From contig JAYEGS010000057.1 of assembly GCA_034659215.1 (NCBI GenBank), forward strand, positions 1-55,787: DNA of 55,787 bases, in the 5' to 3' direction. A program made the position numbers and the translations under genes. This DNA is from Pseudomonadota bacterium (GTDB lineage: Bacteria > Desulfobacterota > Anaeroferrophillalia > Anaeroferrophillales > Tharpellaceae). Each line of letters begins with the position of its first letter. Position 1 is the stretch's first letter. The notes under the pieces are model-generated. The model worked only from the letters and a program-made list of their open reading frames with translations, was not told the origin of the DNA and ran no database searches. Positions 54,102-55,787 of the stretch are shown piece after piece.

Positions 54102-54137
54102 GCGGGCCTCGTTTCTAAGGGGCCCGCGCTTTTTTTG
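54102..54137 (+). terminator. Hairpin plus T-run between dctP and dctQ (attenuating terminator)
   Basis: GCGGGCC ... GGCCCGC followed by GCTTTTTTTG. Confidence 0.6.
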
Positions 54138-54158
54138 TTGTTTGACTAGAGGTTTTTT

Positions 54159-54731
54159 ATGATTAGCCGTATTGTCAATAATCTTGAAGAGACGTTTATC
54201 TCTCTTCTCTTAGCTTCCATGACCCTTTTGGTTTTTGCTGAGGTGGTCTTGCGTTTTGGTTTCGGTACCGGTCTCATGTGGGCTCAGGAACTGACTCTGC
54301 ATCTCTCCGCCTGGATGGTTCTCTTTGGTGCCTCCTACGGGGTTAAAGTCGGTTCTCATATCGGGGTTGATGCTCTGGTCAAAGTTTTACCGCATAAGTG
54401 GCAGCGGATTGTTAGTGCTTTTGCTGTGATCTGCTGTTTGATCTATTGTGGTATCTTTATGAAGGGCGCCTGGGTCTATCTCAGTAAGATGCATATGATC
54501 GGGATTGAGTTGGAGGATATGCCGATTCCAAAATGGTTGGGGCATAGTATTTTGCTTCTCGGGATGGTTATGCTGGCTGGGCGGCTGCTTCAGCTTCTGT
54601 GGGAGATTATTACCGGTAAAGCCGATGGCTTTAAACTGACGGATGAGGCTAAAGACAGCATGCATCTGGCGCAAGAGGTGAAAGAAGCTCAAGCCGCAAG
54701 TGCCAAGGCTCGTGGAGGTGATACGGTATGA
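54159..54731 (+). CDS. dctQ: TRAP transporter small permease DctQ family
   Basis: 190 aa with four TM helices, positioned between dctP and dctM. Confidence 0.85.
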   Translation: MISRIVNNLEETFISLLLASMTLLVFAEVVLRFGFGTGLMWAQELTLHLSAWMVLFGASYGVKVGSHIGVDALVKVLPHKWQRIVSAFAVICCLIYCGIFMKGAWVYLSKMHMIGIELEDMPIPKWLGHSILLLGMVMLAGRLLQLLWEIITGKADGFKLTDEAKDSMHLAQEVKEAQAASAKARGGDTV

Positions 54732-55787
54732 CTACTGCCGCGCTTTTTATTTTATTGTTACTTTTTCTCTTGACCGGAATGCCGATCGCTTTTGCCTTGG
54801 GTCTTTCCAGTGCTACGACAATCTTATTCTTTTCTGATACTTCAGTCGCTTCAATGGCGCTGAAACTATTTGAATCACAGTCCGAACACTATACGCTGCT
54901 GGCGATTCCCTTTTTCATTCTCTCCTCGGCCTTTCTTTCAACCGGTGGCGTGGCTAATCGGATCATTAATTTTGCGATCGACTGCATCGGCTGGATTCGG
55001 GGCGGTTTGGCCATGGCTTCGGTTCTCGCCTGTATGATTTTTGCGGCAGTCTCGGGCTCTTCACCGGCTACGGTTGCCGCTGTTGGTTCGATTGTTATTG
55101 CCGGGATGGTTAAGGCCGGTTATCCGGAAAAGATGGCGGCCGGCGTGATTACTAATGCCGGAACTCTGGGTATCCTGATTCCACCTTCGATTGTGATGCT
55201 GGTCTATGCGGCGGCAACCGAAGTCTCGGCAGCTCGTCTCTTCATGGCCGGTTTCCTGCCCGGCATTATGATGGGGACGATGCTTATGATAGTTATCTAT
55301 ATCGTGGCCCGGGTTAAAAATCTTCCGGCTCAGCCCTGGGTCGGGTTTGGTGGTCTCTTACGTTCCGGCTTTGATGCGGCTTGGGGTTTGATGCTGATTA
55401 TTATCGTCCTGGGTTCGATCTATGGCGGCATCGCCAGTCCGACTGAAGCGGCGGCGGTTTCGGCCGTTTATGCTTTTGTGATCGCGGTTTTTGTCTATCG
55501 CGATATGGGCCCCTTGAAAGGGGTGGTCTGGAGAGAAGCTGATGAGTCGTTGGGGGGTGCAGTCGTTCGCAACCTGCGCGTGTCATTCATGGCTTTGCCG
55601 GGCTCGGTTACCCATTCAGATGTGCGAAAAGTAATGATGGACGCCTCCAAAGTTTCGATCATGTTGCTTTTCATCATTGGTAACGCGATGCTTTTTGCTC
55701 ATGTTTTGACCTCTGAGCGGATTCCGCACCATCTTGCGGCGATGATTGTTGATTGGGGATTGCCGACCTGGGGTTTTCTGGTCGTGG
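54728..55787 (+). CDS. dctM: TRAP transporter large permease DctM family, 3' end cut by the window edge
   Basis: Not in the ORF track because there is no stop within the window. I translated it by hand: MTTAALFILLLLFLLTGMPIAFALGLSS...AAVSGSSPATVAAVGSI...GTLGILIPPSI. ATGA overlap with dctQ. Confidence 0.9.
   Translation, partial: MTTAALFILLLLFLLTGMPIAFALGLSSATTILFFSDTSVASMALKLFESQSEHYTLLAIPFFILSSAFLSTGGVANRIINFAIDCIGWIRGGLAMASVLACMIFAAVSGSSPATVAAVGSIVIAGMVKAGYPEKMAAGVITNAGTLGILIPPSIVMLVYAAATEVSAARLFMAGFLPGIMMGTMLMIVIYIVARVKNLPAQPWVGFGGLLRSGFDAAWGLMLIIIVLGSIYGGIASPTEAAAVSAVYAFVIAVFVYRDMGPLKGVVWREADESLGGAVVRNLRVSFMALPGSVTHSDVRKVMMDASKVSIMLLFIIGNAMLFAHVLTSERIPHHLAAMIVDWGLPTWGFLVV

Overview
The window has about 50% GC and looks like a chromosomal segment from an anaerobic, cytochrome-rich proteobacterium. 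A Desulfuromonadales-like origin is my guess from gene content only. The centre (26.3-44.5 kb) is a conserved housekeeping block: tRNA-Thr/Tyr/Gly/Thr, tuf, rpmG, tRNA-Trp, secE, nusG, rplKAJL and rpoBC. Unusually, rpoC runs straight into thiE-thiC-hisI-hisG, followed by rpsT. To the left lie four groups of genes. First comes a decayed patch with a DinD-like fragment, a cas4/cas1 remnant and a 5'-truncated crotonase. Next are a CBS protein, an MFS transporter, and a sigma-54 two-component pair whose kinase carries a periplasmic c-heme motif domain. Then a long minus-strand cluster encodes a Cache-PAS-CBS-DUF294 nucleotidyltransferase, orphan membrane proteins, a kinase-less copy of the heme sensor, a pentaheme cytochrome/FeS/NrfD quinone module, small paralogous membrane proteins and a pseudo-receiver. 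Last are an exported MsrB operon and cusCBA-type metal efflux. To the right are tyrS, a DEAD-box helicase operon, mobAB, a HisKA_3/NarL pair and a TRAP dctPQM transporter cut by the window edge. Two families of miniature inverted-repeat elements are scattered in intergenic spots: one of 141 bp with dinucleotide flanks, one of 78-79 bp with 9-bp flanking duplications. The most promising candidate for an undescribed system is the 7.5-16.7 kb minus-strand cluster. All calls rest on reading the ORF translations and the DNA by eye; no database search was run.
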